Shown here: positions 29,540 to 38,793 of the stretch, one piece after another
Numbering within the stretch: the stretch's first letter is position 1
Layout of the letters: every line of letters starts with the position of its first letter
NCBI GenBank assembly: GCA_965248445.1
Contig: CBDFJG010000001.1
Coordinates: 128,001 to 192,000, forward strand
Source of the DNA: Planctomycetota bacterium
GTDB lineage: Bacteria > Planctomycetota > JAJSAM01 > JAJVHW01
DNA: 64,000 bases
Reading direction: 5' to 3'
Notes under the pieces: model-generated
What the model was told of the DNA's origin: nothing
Databases searched by the model: none
Seen by the model: only the letters and a program-made list of their open reading frames with translations
Made by a program: the position numbers and the translations under genes

Positions 29540-30874
29540 CTAACCGATTGTCGCAAGTACGAACGCGGCGGCACGATCCGGGACGCCCTCGACGTGCAGC
29601 CGCTGCCGCACCGCGGCCAGCGTCGCGACAACTCGGTCCCTCGACGGGCAGCCGGGCAACAGTCCGAGCAGAGCGTTCGCGATGCGCTGTGCGTCGCCAT
29701 CGAGCGCCAGCATCTCCGGTACGACCTCTTCGCCGGCGACCAGATTGGGCAGCGCGATGAACGGCGACACGACAATCGCCGATGCGAGCAGCTGATCGGC
29801 GTGCCCGGACCGGTAGATCACCACGGGCGGCGTCCCGTGCGCAACCAGGTGCAGCGTCGCGGTTCCGGAGACGGTGATCGCGGCGTCCGCCGCGGCCATC
29901 GCGTCGTCAGCGTGTTCCGGATCGACGACGCGTACCTGAACGTCGGCGGCGGTCGCGACGAACTCCTCGACGACCGGCCGCAGCCGCTCCGACGCGAGGG
30001 CCACCACAAAGCGCGCGTCGGATGCGTGACCAACGACGTGACGCGCGGCCTCGAGCATCAACGGCAGGTTGCCGCGGACTTCTTTGCGGCGACTGCCCGG
30101 TAGCAGCGCGATCAGCGGCGATGCGCCGCTCTGCAGCGAGGCCCGCAGTGTCTCGTCGGGGACCCGTTCGGCCAGGTGCTCGATCGTCGGGTGTCCGACG
30201 TACGCGACGTTGGCTCCGCTGGCGCGGAAGATGGGCGCCTCGAACGGGAGGATCGTCAGGAGCCGGTCCACGCGTCGCGCCAACGTCTTGATCCGCCACG
30301 GCGCCCACGCCCAGACCTGCGGTGCAACATACTGCACGAACGGGATGCCGCGGCGCCGAGCGGCGCGCGCCAGCCGCAGGTTGAGTCCCGGGTAGTCCAC
30401 GCCGACGATGACGTCCGGCCGCTCGTCGGACAGCCGGATCAGTAGACGCCGGTACAGCCTGAAGAAGAACGGCAGCTTGCGCAGGACGGGCAGCAGCCCC
30501 ATCACCGGATCGCTCACCAGGTCCTCGATCAGGTCCACGCCCGCCGCGGACATCCGCGGGCCGCCGACACCGGCGATCCGGAGCTCCGGCGCCATCTTGC
30601 GGAGCGCGATCGCGAGGTCGGCGGCGTGCAGATCGCCGGACGGCTCGCCGGCGACGATCAGAACGCGGGGCGACCCCGACACGGACACGGCGGGCGGCTG
30701 GTCCGGACCGGCATCGCGTCCGTCCCGGAGCAGCGCGAGCACGCGCTCGCGCGTGGACCCCGCCGAGAACGCGCCCGCGGCAAGGCGCACGACGAACACG
30801 ACTCCGCCGAACACCCCGCTCACCACGGTGCCGAGGGTCTCGAACGTGGCGGCTAGGGCCGTGCCCGCTGACAT
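29540..30874 (-). CDS. lpxB: Lipid-A-disaccharide synthase
   Basis: IVAGEPSGDLHA, GVGGPRM, VDYPGLN, YVAPQVWAW, ILPFE, YVGHP, LLPGSRRKEV, SGTATL, IALPNL. Confidence 0.95.
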   Translation of the reverse strand: MSAGTALAATFETLGTVVSGVFGGVVFVVRLAAGAFSAGSTRERVLALLRDGRDAGPDQPPAVSVSGSPRVLIVAGEPSGDLHAADLAIALRKMAPELRIAGVGGPRMSAAGVDLIEDLVSDPVMGLLPVLRKLPFFFRLYRRLLIRLSDERPDVIVGVDYPGLNLRLARAARRRGIPFVQYVAPQVWAWAPWRIKTLARRVDRLLTILPFEAPIFRASGANVAYVGHPTIEHLAERVPDETLRASLQSGASPLIALLPGSRRKEVRGNLPLMLEAARHVVGHASDARFVVALASERLRPVVEEFVATAADVQVRVVDPEHADDAMAAADAAITVSGTATLHLVAHGTPPVVIYRSGHADQLLASAIVVSPFIALPNLVAGEEVVPEMLALDGDAQRIANALLGLLPGCPSRDRVVATLAAVRQRLHVEGVPDRAAAFVLATIG

Positions 30875-30978
30875 CGCGGCGAGGATACGGCAGCGGCGTG
30901 ACCGCTCCCCCACAACCCACGGCGAATCCGTCCCTCTCGCGGCCCGTGGAGAGATGATGCGCACACAGGAGGTGCGGC

Positions 30979-31551
30979 GTGCTGAGCACGAGCGATTTCA
31001 AGCGCGGAGTGGTGATCGAGGTGGACGAGAAGCCCTGGCGGATCGTCGACGTCAGCTTCAACTCGCCGTCAGCGAGAAGCTCCGGCCTGATCGTCAAGAC
31101 ACGCCTCAAGAACCTGGTCGACGGGTCCGTCCTCGACAAGACCTTCCGGGGCGGGGATCGCGTGAAGGAACCCGACGTCGAGCGGGTGCCGTGCCAGTAC
31201 CTCTACAGCGACGATCGTTTCGCGCACTTCATGGACACGAACACGTACGACCAGTTCCAGCTCGGTCAGGACGACCTCGGCGACACGGCGAAGTACCTGT
31301 ACGACGGCATCGAGGGAGTGTCGGTCACGCTCTGGAACGGCGGTCCGATCACGATCGACCTGCCCCCGCACGTCGAACTCGAGATAACGGAGACGACGCC
31401 GTCCATCAAGGGCGCCACCGCGCAAGCACAGACGAAGCCCGCGACTCTGTCCACCGGGCTGATCGTGCAGGTGCCCGCGTACATCTCGCAGGGCGAGGTC
31501 GTACGCGTGGACACGCGAACCGGGCAGTTCCTGCAGCGCGTCTCGAAGTAG
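30979..31551 (+). CDS. efp: Elongation factor P family protein (PSAR loop, EfpL/YeiP-like tip)
   Basis: DFKRGVVI, QYLYSD, FMDTNTYDQ, KPATLSTGLIVQVP, VRVDTRTG; SD AGGAGG. Confidence 0.92.
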   Translation: MLSTSDFKRGVVIEVDEKPWRIVDVSFNSPSARSSGLIVKTRLKNLVDGSVLDKTFRGGDRVKEPDVERVPCQYLYSDDRFAHFMDTNTYDQFQLGQDDLGDTAKYLYDGIEGVSVTLWNGGPITIDLPPHVELEITETTPSIKGATAQAQTKPATLSTGLIVQVPAYISQGEVVRVDTRTGQFLQRVSK

Positions 31552-31640
31552 CCACCACGGACGCGCAGCCGGCGATGTAACCAGTTCGGCTCTCCGCGCG
31601 TCCTCCCCTTATGGGCGGGTGGGGGTTTGGGATGGCGCGA

Positions 31641-32396
31641 CTAGCGCGGCCAGAGTCGGTGCACGCCGAACTTCAAGTATCGCCGCGCCGCCGCGGTGCC
31701 GAGCACCGGATGCCTCGCGATCCGCGTGCGGAACGTTCGCGCCGACACGGGCCGCGACAACAGGACCGTCACGCAGTTCTCGTACATCTCAGCAGAGAAG
31801 CGGAACGCGGCGGGGAAGCGCCGGCGAAAGCGCAGGTCCTGACAGAGCGGCGAGGACGTCAGCTCGAGCATCGTCAGGAAGTTCACGACCAGCGCACCGC
31901 CGGGCCGCACGTGGCCTGCGAGCCGACGCCACCATGGACCGTCCAGACCAGCGGGGCGCATCGGTTCGCCGTCCTCGACACCGAACAGGTCGTCGATGAC
32001 GAGATCAAACCGCGCTCGCGGACGCCTCGCCATGTACGTGCGCGCGTCACCCTCGTGAATGTCTGCAGTACACGCATCCAGACCGAAGTGCCGGCGCGCC
32101 AGCCGCAGGATGTCGCCGTCCAGCTCCACTCCCACGAGGCGGTCGGGCGCGGACAGGTCGTCGATCATGCGGAGCGCTGACCCGCCACCGACGCCGAGCA
32201 TCAGAACGTCGCGCGCTCCCCGCTCATCCACGAAGAAGGTCGAGAGCGCCAGGTGGTCCCAGATCGCCCCCGTCACCGGGCGGCCGGGGTTCCAGGCGGT
32301 GTGCAGCACTCCGTCCACGTAGAGCCGCCGCGTCCGGCCGTGTCCGCGGACCTCGACGCGGCGGCCGTCGATCGTCTCCGCGTGCAGGACGCTCAC
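31641..32396 (-). CDS. Spermidine synthase-like class I SAM-dependent methyltransferase-fold protein
   Basis: VLMLGVGGGS, VGVELD, GDARTY, FDLVIDDLF, PGGALVVN. Confidence 0.82.
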   Translation of the reverse strand: MSVLHAETIDGRRVEVRGHGRTRRLYVDGVLHTAWNPGRPVTGAIWDHLALSTFFVDERGARDVLMLGVGGGSALRMIDDLSAPDRLVGVELDGDILRLARRHFGLDACTADIHEGDARTYMARRPRARFDLVIDDLFGVEDGEPMRPAGLDGPWWRRLAGHVRPGGALVVNFLTMLELTSSPLCQDLRFRRRFPAAFRFSAEMYENCVTVLLSRPVSARTFRTRIARHPVLGTAAARRYLKFGVHRLWPR

Positions 32397-33088
32397 GGGC
32401 CGCCCAGCTCTTCCAGCAGCACCTGCAGGTCATTGACCAGGTGTGGTGCGGGCTCGTCGCGCAAGGCGTCCTGCACGCGGGCGGCCAGCCCGTTCCACGA
32501 GGGCACCGCGCGCAGCGCTTCGACCGCCGCACGCCGAACTTCGTGGCGTCCGTCGTCCAGTCCGGCGAGAAGGGCGGCGCGCGCTGCGTCACTCGAGACC
32601 CCGAGCAGCCCCAGCGAACGGAGCGCCTCGCCGCGGACGCGATGCTCGGAGTCCGCCCGCAGCGCGATCAGGACCGGCTCGGCCAGTTCGGCGGGTGCCC
32701 CCACCCGTCCGAGCGCTCCGGCGACGGCATGTCGCACGTCGCGCTCCTGGTCGTTCGCGCAGGCGGCGAGCGCTGCGGCGACGCTCGCGGCGTGATCGCC
32801 CTGCGGGGCCGCCAGCGCCCACGCGCAGCCGACACGCACCGCCGCCCCGTCCGCGCGCAGCCCGGCCACCAGCGCGGGGAGCGCGGCGCTGCCCAACGTC
32901 TGCAACGCGGCGCGAGCGGCGTGCGGGACGTACGACCCCGGATCGGCCAGCACCGGAATCAGCGCCGCGGCTCGCAGCGCGGAATCGCCGTCGCCGTCAC
33001 GGAGCAGGTGCACACCGGCAAGCCGCGACGGCTCGTCGCCGGCCGAGAGCAGCGTCGCGGCCCGTGCGATGGTCCCGGCGCCACTCAT
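32393..33088 (-). CDS. HEAT-repeat protein
   Basis: Repeats DQERDVRHAVAGALG, DSEHRVRGEALRSLG, DGRHEVRRAAVEAL. Confidence 0.8.
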   Translation of the reverse strand: MSGAGTIARAATLLSAGDEPSRLAGVHLLRDGDGDSALRAAALIPVLADPGSYVPHAARAALQTLGSAALPALVAGLRADGAAVRVGCAWALAAPQGDHAASVAAALAACANDQERDVRHAVAGALGRVGAPAELAEPVLIALRADSEHRVRGEALRSLGLLGVSSDAARAALLAGLDDGRHEVRRAAVEALRAVPSWNGLAARVQDALRDEPAPHLVNDLQVLLEELGGP

Positions 33089-33309
33089 CGCTCATCTCTC
33101 GCGGACCGAGACACGAGCAGCGGAGTGCCCAGCACGACGAACACAGGAGGGACGAGCATCCAGAGCAACGGCGGCTCCGCCCGGCCGAACAGCGCCGCAA
33201 CCATCCCGATCAGCGCGGAGGCCGCACATGCCCCCGCTAGCGCCAGCAGAACGCGTGGCACGGCGGCCAGGAGCAAGCGCCGGCGCGGCGCCACAGGGTC
33301 GTCACCCAT
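33085..33309 (-). CDS. Small two-TM membrane protein
   Basis: Two hydrophobic segments; stop overlaps the ATG of the HEAT gene. Confidence 0.55.
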   Translation of the reverse strand: MGDDPVAPRRRLLLAAVPRVLLALAGACAASALIGMVAALFGRAEPPLLWMLVPPVFVVLGTPLLVSRSARDER

Positions 33310-33372
33310 ATCCGTCCTCACGGCCGCGTTCTACCGGACCGGAGCGTGACGCGGGTGTGCCATACTCCCGGC

Positions 33373-33744
33373 ATGCGCCCGGTCGCTCTCGCCACTCTCA
33401 TCTCCACGTCGCTTCTCGCCGTGGTCCTCGCCGCGTGCAGCACGCCGGACCGGCCGTTGCACGGAGGGCGGGCGGTGCTCATCCACGCCGCGTCGCGAAA
33501 CGCGGACGCCGCCGTGGCGGCCGACCGTTTCCGCGAGGCAGGGTTCGACGTGCAGGTCGAGCCGGAGGGACCCGCGGTGCGCGAGAGGTCGAGTGCCATC
33601 GTCTACCGTGTCGGCCGCAATCCGTCGCTGCCCGATCTCGTCGAGTGGCTGCTCGAACCGGTCGGACCGGTGGAGATGCTCCCGTCGGTGCACCCGGGTC
33701 CCGGGACGACTGACGTCGTGGTTTGGCTGATAAACGACGGCTAG
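33373..33744 (+). CDS. Small lipoprotein with LytR C-terminal-like domain
   Basis: Lipobox LAAC; VLIHAAS..AADRFREAGFDV..SAIVY..TDVVVWL resembles the LytR_C pattern. Confidence 0.6.
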   Translation: MRPVALATLISTSLLAVVLAACSTPDRPLHGGRAVLIHAASRNADAAVAADRFREAGFDVQVEPEGPAVRERSSAIVYRVGRNPSLPDLVEWLLEPVGPVEMLPSVHPGPGTTDVVVWLINDG

Positions 33745-33746
33745 AG

Positions 33747-33953
33747 CTAGACCGAGAGCTCGCCCGCGACCTCGAGGAACAGCCCGCACTCCTCCTCGCG
33801 CGCCGCCTGCAGGAGCACGCGGAGCGCATCCCGGTACGCCCCGACGGCTTCGTCACGGGTCCGGTCATCCTCCGGTGTGAGGAGCATGCGCCCGATCGCT
33901 GCGCGCACGGCGCTACACGATTCGGCGAGGTGGATGAGTCGATCCTGGGACAT
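33747..33953 (-). CDS. Small hypothetical protein
   Basis: ATG preceded by AGGAAGAG; helical, fills the gap between genes. Confidence 0.5.
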   Translation of the reverse strand: MSQDRLIHLAESCSAVRAAIGRMLLTPEDDRTRDEAVGAYRDALRVLLQAAREEECGLFLEVAGELSV

Positions 33954-34060
33954 GGGGCTCTTCCTGCGTTATCGGTGCAGCCTGGCCGGCTCTTCCCCAT
34001 CGGCGTGAGCGCGCCTCGGCTGAAGCGGGCCCAGGCTCGGCCGCGCAGTAGCATCGGGGG

Positions 34061-34750
34061 ATGTCCGACATGCTGCCCGGGAGCCCAGCGGCTCCACTGA
34101 CCACTCCACAGGCGATTCTGCGGCGCCGCAGCGTGCGCCACTACCACGACGAACCCGTGGACGAGGCGCTCCTCACGAAGCTGCTCGAGCTCACGGTCGC
34201 CGCTCCCAGCTCGTGGAATCTGCAGCCGTGGCGGATCGTCGTGATTCGCGACGCTGCCAATCGCGAGCGCCTATCGGCGGCCTGCTTCAATCAGCCCCAG
34301 CCACGCGAGGCGGCCGCTGTGTTCGTGTTCGCGATCAGTCATTCCGGCTGGCGCGAGGTCTTCGATGAGGTCATCGAGGAGGCCGAGGGCCGCGGCGCCT
34401 GGCCGGACGCCTACATCGAGATGTTTCGCAACGTGGCGGCCAACTCCCAGGAGGGGCTCGGCGAGCGCTTGCGGGAGTACAACACCAAGGACGCGCTCAT
34501 CGCAGCGACCCACCTCTCCCTGGCCGCCGAGAGCCTGGGGCTCGGCTCCTCCTTCATGAACGGGTACGACGAGGCTCGCGTGAAAGAGGTAATCGGTGCC
34601 GCGGACGACGAGGACGTGGGCGTCGTCCTGGTGATGGCGGTCGGACACCCTGCGCAGCGTGGCCTGAATCCGGGACGACTGCCGCTCTCCCGCACGGTCT
34701 TCGCGGAATCACTGGACCGTCCCTGGCAGGACGGCACGAGCGCGCCGTAG
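34061..34750 (+). CDS. Nitroreductase family protein
   Basis: AILRRRSVRHY, APSSWNLQPWRIVV, LAAESLGLGSSFMNGYD, MAVGHP. Confidence 0.93.
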   Translation: MSDMLPGSPAAPLTTPQAILRRRSVRHYHDEPVDEALLTKLLELTVAAPSSWNLQPWRIVVIRDAANRERLSAACFNQPQPREAAAVFVFAISHSGWREVFDEVIEEAEGRGAWPDAYIEMFRNVAANSQEGLGERLREYNTKDALIAATHLSLAAESLGLGSSFMNGYDEARVKEVIGAADDEDVGVVLVMAVGHPAQRGLNPGRLPLSRTVFAESLDRPWQDGTSAP

Positions 34751-34791
34751 ACTGACGGGTCGCTCCGCTGCAGGAGGCGGAACCACCCACC

Positions 34792-35211
34792 ATGTCACAC
34801 GTACCCTTCGACGGACGCCTCGACCTGCACGTCGCGTGCTTGCTCGTTGCCGAGCGGCACCACGAGCTGGCGAATCGCAGCGTCACGCCCAACGACGTCG
34901 CCGGGCTCGTCCTGGAGTTGATCGACCACCTCGACGTCGACGCGGACGATCTCGGCGACCTCGACGAGTTCCAGGACGCGATCGAAGAGGCGATGGACGA
35001 TCTGGTGAAAGCGAGCTGGCTGTCCCGCCGCCGCTACGGAAGCGTCGTGCGGTTCAGCGGACCGCCGCCGGCCGAGGACGCGATTCGCTGGATCCGCTCG
35101 CGGCTCGCAAGCCGCCCCCGCCGACTGCGCGCGTTCGACAAACTCGCCAACGAGATCACCGAACTCGTGGTGACGCGGCATGGCGCCGGACGGCGCACGC
35201 CCATCGCCTAG
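34792..35211 (+). CDS. Hypothetical protein (possible winged-helix)
   Basis: AGGAGG upstream; typical codon usage; AMDDLVKASWL is wHTH-like but weak. Confidence 0.55.
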   Translation: MSHVPFDGRLDLHVACLLVAERHHELANRSVTPNDVAGLVLELIDHLDVDADDLGDLDEFQDAIEEAMDDLVKASWLSRRRYGSVVRFSGPPPAEDAIRWIRSRLASRPRRLRAFDKLANEITELVVTRHGAGRRTPIA

Positions 35212-35222
35212 CCCGCACGGCG

Positions 35223-37658
35223 TCACTCCCGCGACTCGCCGTCCACGACCGCTTCCTCGCCGAACGTCTTGCACGAGATCAGCAGCGCCGGGAGCAGCAC
35301 GAGGTCGGCCAGGATGCCGGCCACCATCGCGACGCCGACCAGAGCGCCGAAGTAGATCGTCGGGGTGAATTTCGACAGCACGAGCACCAGAAACCCCGCG
35401 ATCACGGTGAGGGCCGCGTAGAGGATTGCGCGGCCGATGGACCGATGGGCGTGGCGGCACGCCGTCGCGAAGTCGCCGCCGTTGCTGCCAACCTCGTGGC
35501 GGAATCGAATCAGGTAGTGGATCGTCGCGTCCGCGGCGATGCCCAGCGAAACACTGGCGATCGTGATCGTCATGATGTCGAGCGTGATCCCGGCGAACCC
35601 CATCGTCCCGAGGACCATCGCAATCGGCAGCATGTTCGGGATCATCGCGATCAGCCCGGCGCGGATGTGACGCAGCAGGACGATCAGCATCAGCGCCACA
35701 GCTACGAAGACGAAGCCGAGGCTTCGCACCTGGCTGCCCACCACCGTCTCGAGCATGCGCGTGAACAGTGGGAACATCCCGGTCACGATCACCTCGTCGG
35801 GCGGGTACTGGTCCGGCTCCGCGAGACGCGCTTCGAGACGCCGCATGAACTCGCTCCGGCGCAGGTCCACGCCGGTCTCGCGCAGCCGCGCCTGCAGCCG
35901 CGAGCGCCATACGTCGTCCGCGGGGTCTCCCGGGTCGGCAGTGTCGAGCGCGAGAACCATCTCGACGGCCGTGTCGAGCTGAGCTGCATCGTCGCCACCG
36001 CCCGTGAGCATCTGCTCGGCCATTGCCCACAGCGTCCGTGGCGGCATGTTCGCGAGGAATGGACTCTGCGCGACGGCGATCCTGCGCCCGTAGCGCTCGA
36101 AGCTCGCAAGCGACATGGTCTTACCCACCTCGGGCTGCGCGTCGAACCAGTCGTGGAGCGCGACGATCCGGTCGAAGTTCTCCGCGTCGAGGTAGGCGAA
36201 CTTGTCCTTCTCGGGCGGCAGGATCACCTCGAGTGTCATCGTGCCGCCGATCTTGTCGACCCACTTGATCCCTTGGTGCACGTCGGTCGACTCGACGAAG
36301 AAGTCGACGAAGCTCGTGTCCACTCGCAGCTTGGAGATGCCGATGCCCGCCGCGACGACCAGAGCGAGAGAGACGGCGTAGATGAGCGCGCGATGACGCA
36401 CCGCCGCGCCGGCGCACGCATCGAGGACCTGCAACCGCGACGTGTCCTCCAGGGGCCGCTCGTCGGTCGGCTTCAGCACGGCGAGCGCGCAGGGCAGGAA
36501 CAACAGCGAGACGACGAATGCGCAAATCGTCCCGCACGCCATCATCACGCCGAAGTGCTTGACCGGCGCGACGTCGGTCACCATCAGTGAGAGAAAACCT
36601 ACGCAGGTGGTGAGAGCGGTGTAGAGGCACGGGCGCCAGATGTGCGCGACAGCCGCCGAGATCGAGTCGTGGTACGAAGCGTCAGGTTCCTTGCCCCGCT
36701 CCTCCCTGTACGCCACGACGATGTGGATCGAGTGCGCCATCCCCACGATGAACAACAGCGAGCTGATGTTCGACGACACGACCGTCGTCTCCACACCGAC
36801 CTGGACCATGAGCCCCAGAATCGTGACCACGGTGATGAGACAGGTGACGACCGGCAGGATCACGAACCGCGGACGCCGGAAGAACACGAACAGGGCCACG
36901 AGCAAGAGCAGCGTGACGGCCCACCCGAACGTCCGGATGTCGTGCTCGATATAGTCGACCATGTCGACCGAGACCGCCGGCAGTCCCGAGGACTGGATGC
37001 GCGCGCCCCGTTCCCTGTGAGTCGCCATCACGTCGCGGATTGCGCCGATGACCGCGCGCTTGTGCGCGCTCTTCCGGTCGCGGTACTCCATCGAGCCCTC
37101 GGCCGGCCGGTCGCTCTCGGCGGGGACGCGCTCTGCCAGCACCTCGTCGAACGGCCGCAGGTACGCGAGCATGTTGAACGTCTCGCCGTCGTCGGAGACG
37201 ACGTTGCGCACGTAGACCTCGGAAGTCGTCAGTTCTTCGCGGGCCTTGGCGGTGTCCACCTCAGGATCGGCGAGCGTCTGGATGCCGATCGTCCCGTCCG
37301 CGCGGGACATCAGCAGTGGCGCGGTCGCGGGCGAGAGCACGCGCGTGATGATCGGCGTCCCATCGAGCGTGAGATCCTCGAGCTGGCGCGTCAGGACCGT
37401 GACCTGCGCCACGCCCTCCGGACTCCACGGCTCCGGCGGCGCGATCGCGATCAGCGCGTACTCGTCGTCGGTGAAGTACCGGCGCGTGTCCGTGTAGACG
37501 TCGAGCGTGTCGTCGCCCTCGAGGCGCAGCGTGTCCTCCCCCGCTCCCAGCCGGAAGTCGGGGAGGTAGACGACCGAGTACAGGGTCGCGATCAGCAGGA
37601 AGCTGACGATCACGATCCAGCGGTACGGCAGCACGACCCGGGCGTAGAACGAGGCCAT
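35223..37658 (-). CDS. MMPL/RND-family transporter
   Basis: Two repeats of TM-periplasmic-5TM; GMAHSIH, YTALTTCVGFLSL, GIAADATIH, AGFLVLVLSKF, ADLVLLPAL. Confidence 0.93.
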   Translation of the reverse strand: MASFYARVVLPYRWIVIVSFLLIATLYSVVYLPDFRLGAGEDTLRLEGDDTLDVYTDTRRYFTDDEYALIAIAPPEPWSPEGVAQVTVLTRQLEDLTLDGTPIITRVLSPATAPLLMSRADGTIGIQTLADPEVDTAKAREELTTSEVYVRNVVSDDGETFNMLAYLRPFDEVLAERVPAESDRPAEGSMEYRDRKSAHKRAVIGAIRDVMATHRERGARIQSSGLPAVSVDMVDYIEHDIRTFGWAVTLLLLVALFVFFRRPRFVILPVVTCLITVVTILGLMVQVGVETTVVSSNISSLLFIVGMAHSIHIVVAYREERGKEPDASYHDSISAAVAHIWRPCLYTALTTCVGFLSLMVTDVAPVKHFGVMMACGTICAFVVSLLFLPCALAVLKPTDERPLEDTSRLQVLDACAGAAVRHRALIYAVSLALVVAAGIGISKLRVDTSFVDFFVESTDVHQGIKWVDKIGGTMTLEVILPPEKDKFAYLDAENFDRIVALHDWFDAQPEVGKTMSLASFERYGRRIAVAQSPFLANMPPRTLWAMAEQMLTGGGDDAAQLDTAVEMVLALDTADPGDPADDVWRSRLQARLRETGVDLRRSEFMRRLEARLAEPDQYPPDEVIVTGMFPLFTRMLETVVGSQVRSLGFVFVAVALMLIVLLRHIRAGLIAMIPNMLPIAMVLGTMGFAGITLDIMTITIASVSLGIAADATIHYLIRFRHEVGSNGGDFATACRHAHRSIGRAILYAALTVIAGFLVLVLSKFTPTIYFGALVGVAMVAGILADLVLLPALLISCKTFGEEAVVDGESRE

Positions 37659-37851
37659 CAGGACGCAATGAGACGCGGCTGCGGGCTCGCGAGCCAGAAC
37701 CGCCTGACTTGCCCTGTCGCTGACTCCGCCGGCAGGCGGCGAGATGCCGCTCGGCGTGCGCTGATCTGCAGCAGCACGAGATAGCGCCCCACCCGCGCCA
37801 AGCTCAGTGAGCACATGGCACGGACGGGGGCGCTCTCTCTACCGCGCGCGG

Positions 37852-38469
37852 CTACTCGTCGTCCTCCAGGTTGTCGTCCTCTGACGGGTCGTCCTCTGAC
37901 GGGTCGTTCTCTGACGGGTCGTCCTCGATCGGTTCGAACGCCTGACCCTCGGCGTTCTCCTGGAGGTCCATCATCTTCTCCATGAACCCGGGGACCGGAG
38001 GCGGTGAGATGCCCGTGCGTTCCTCGAGCGTCTCTGCCGTCGCGAAGTTCTCCTCCCAACGCGACGCCTTGCCCTGGTGCGACTTGCCGCCCTTCGCGCG
38101 CCTGATCGCCTTGCCGACCGCAACACCGCGCAGCGGCATTCCGCCCTCGGCAAAGCTCTCGGCATAGAGCGTCCATCCGGCGTCCTGGAGTCGCTCGATC
38201 TCGGCTGCGTCTTCCGGGACGCTCTTCAGCCCGATCACGAAGACCATCTGATTGGCCTGTGGAGCAAGTTCCCAGACGGCGTCGTCGGCGACAGCCGTCG
38301 CGAAGTTGGCTTCGAGCGCCATGGAGCCCTTGGCCATGTGCTTCGTGAAGTCGATGAAGTCCTTCGACAGGAAGTAGCCGCCGACGCAGCACCCGATTCC
38401 GAGCACCACGACGATCGCCGCGATGATCAGCGCGATCTTCGCGCCACTGCTCTTGCCCTCTTTCGCCAT
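37852..38469 (-). CDS. Membrane-anchored hypothetical protein with acidic C-terminal repeats
   Basis: GGAGG SD; N-terminal TM ending GCCVGG; tail EDDPSENDPSEDDPSEDDNLEDDE. Confidence 0.7.
   Translation of the reverse strand: MAKEGKSSGAKIALIIAAIVVVLGIGCCVGGYFLSKDFIDFTKHMAKGSMALEANFATAVADDAVWELAPQANQMVFVIGLKSVPEDAAEIERLQDAGWTLYAESFAEGGMPLRGVAVGKAIRRAKGGKSHQGKASRWEENFATAETLEERTGISPPPVPGFMEKMMDLQENAEGQAFEPIEDDPSENDPSEDDPSEDDNLEDDE
37858..37926. repeat. 15-bp coding tandem repeat (GTCGTCCTCTGACGG, about 4.5 copies)
   Basis: Units at 37858, 37873, 37888, 37903 and 37918 (partial). Confidence 0.85.
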
Positions 38470-38793
38470 CGTTCCTCCCCGATACCTGCTGTGCGCGGGT
38501 CCCTGTTCTGTCCGGAAAGCCGGACAGCATGCCGGCAGTATGGTGAGGCCCGACGCCGACCGGCGTCCAGCACGATATCGGCGAGACCGATCCGGGCCTC
38601 GGCATCGTCCGAATGTCCAAACCGCCCAATCACGGGGCGGGTTGGGTCGAAGTAGAGAGTACGTCCTCGTTCGAGGCTCCCCGTGCCACCAGTGCTGCCC
38701 AACACCACCCCGCCGACGCTCTCCATCTGCCTGCACGCCGCCGGCGGCGCGCTGTCCTGTCGGCCTGACACGTCCGCCGCCGGCATCTGAACC

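Noticed and set aside
37858..37926. Tandem repeats here and at 60511-60564 as possible CRISPR arrays
   Set aside because: Units are adjacent with no spacers, are multiples of 3 inside coding regions, and no cas genes are present.
38631..38691. tRNA-like segment: 7-bp stem, GTTCGA and terminal CCACCA
   Set aside because: Only about 55-60 nt, the T-stem does not pair, and there are no D or anticodon arms.
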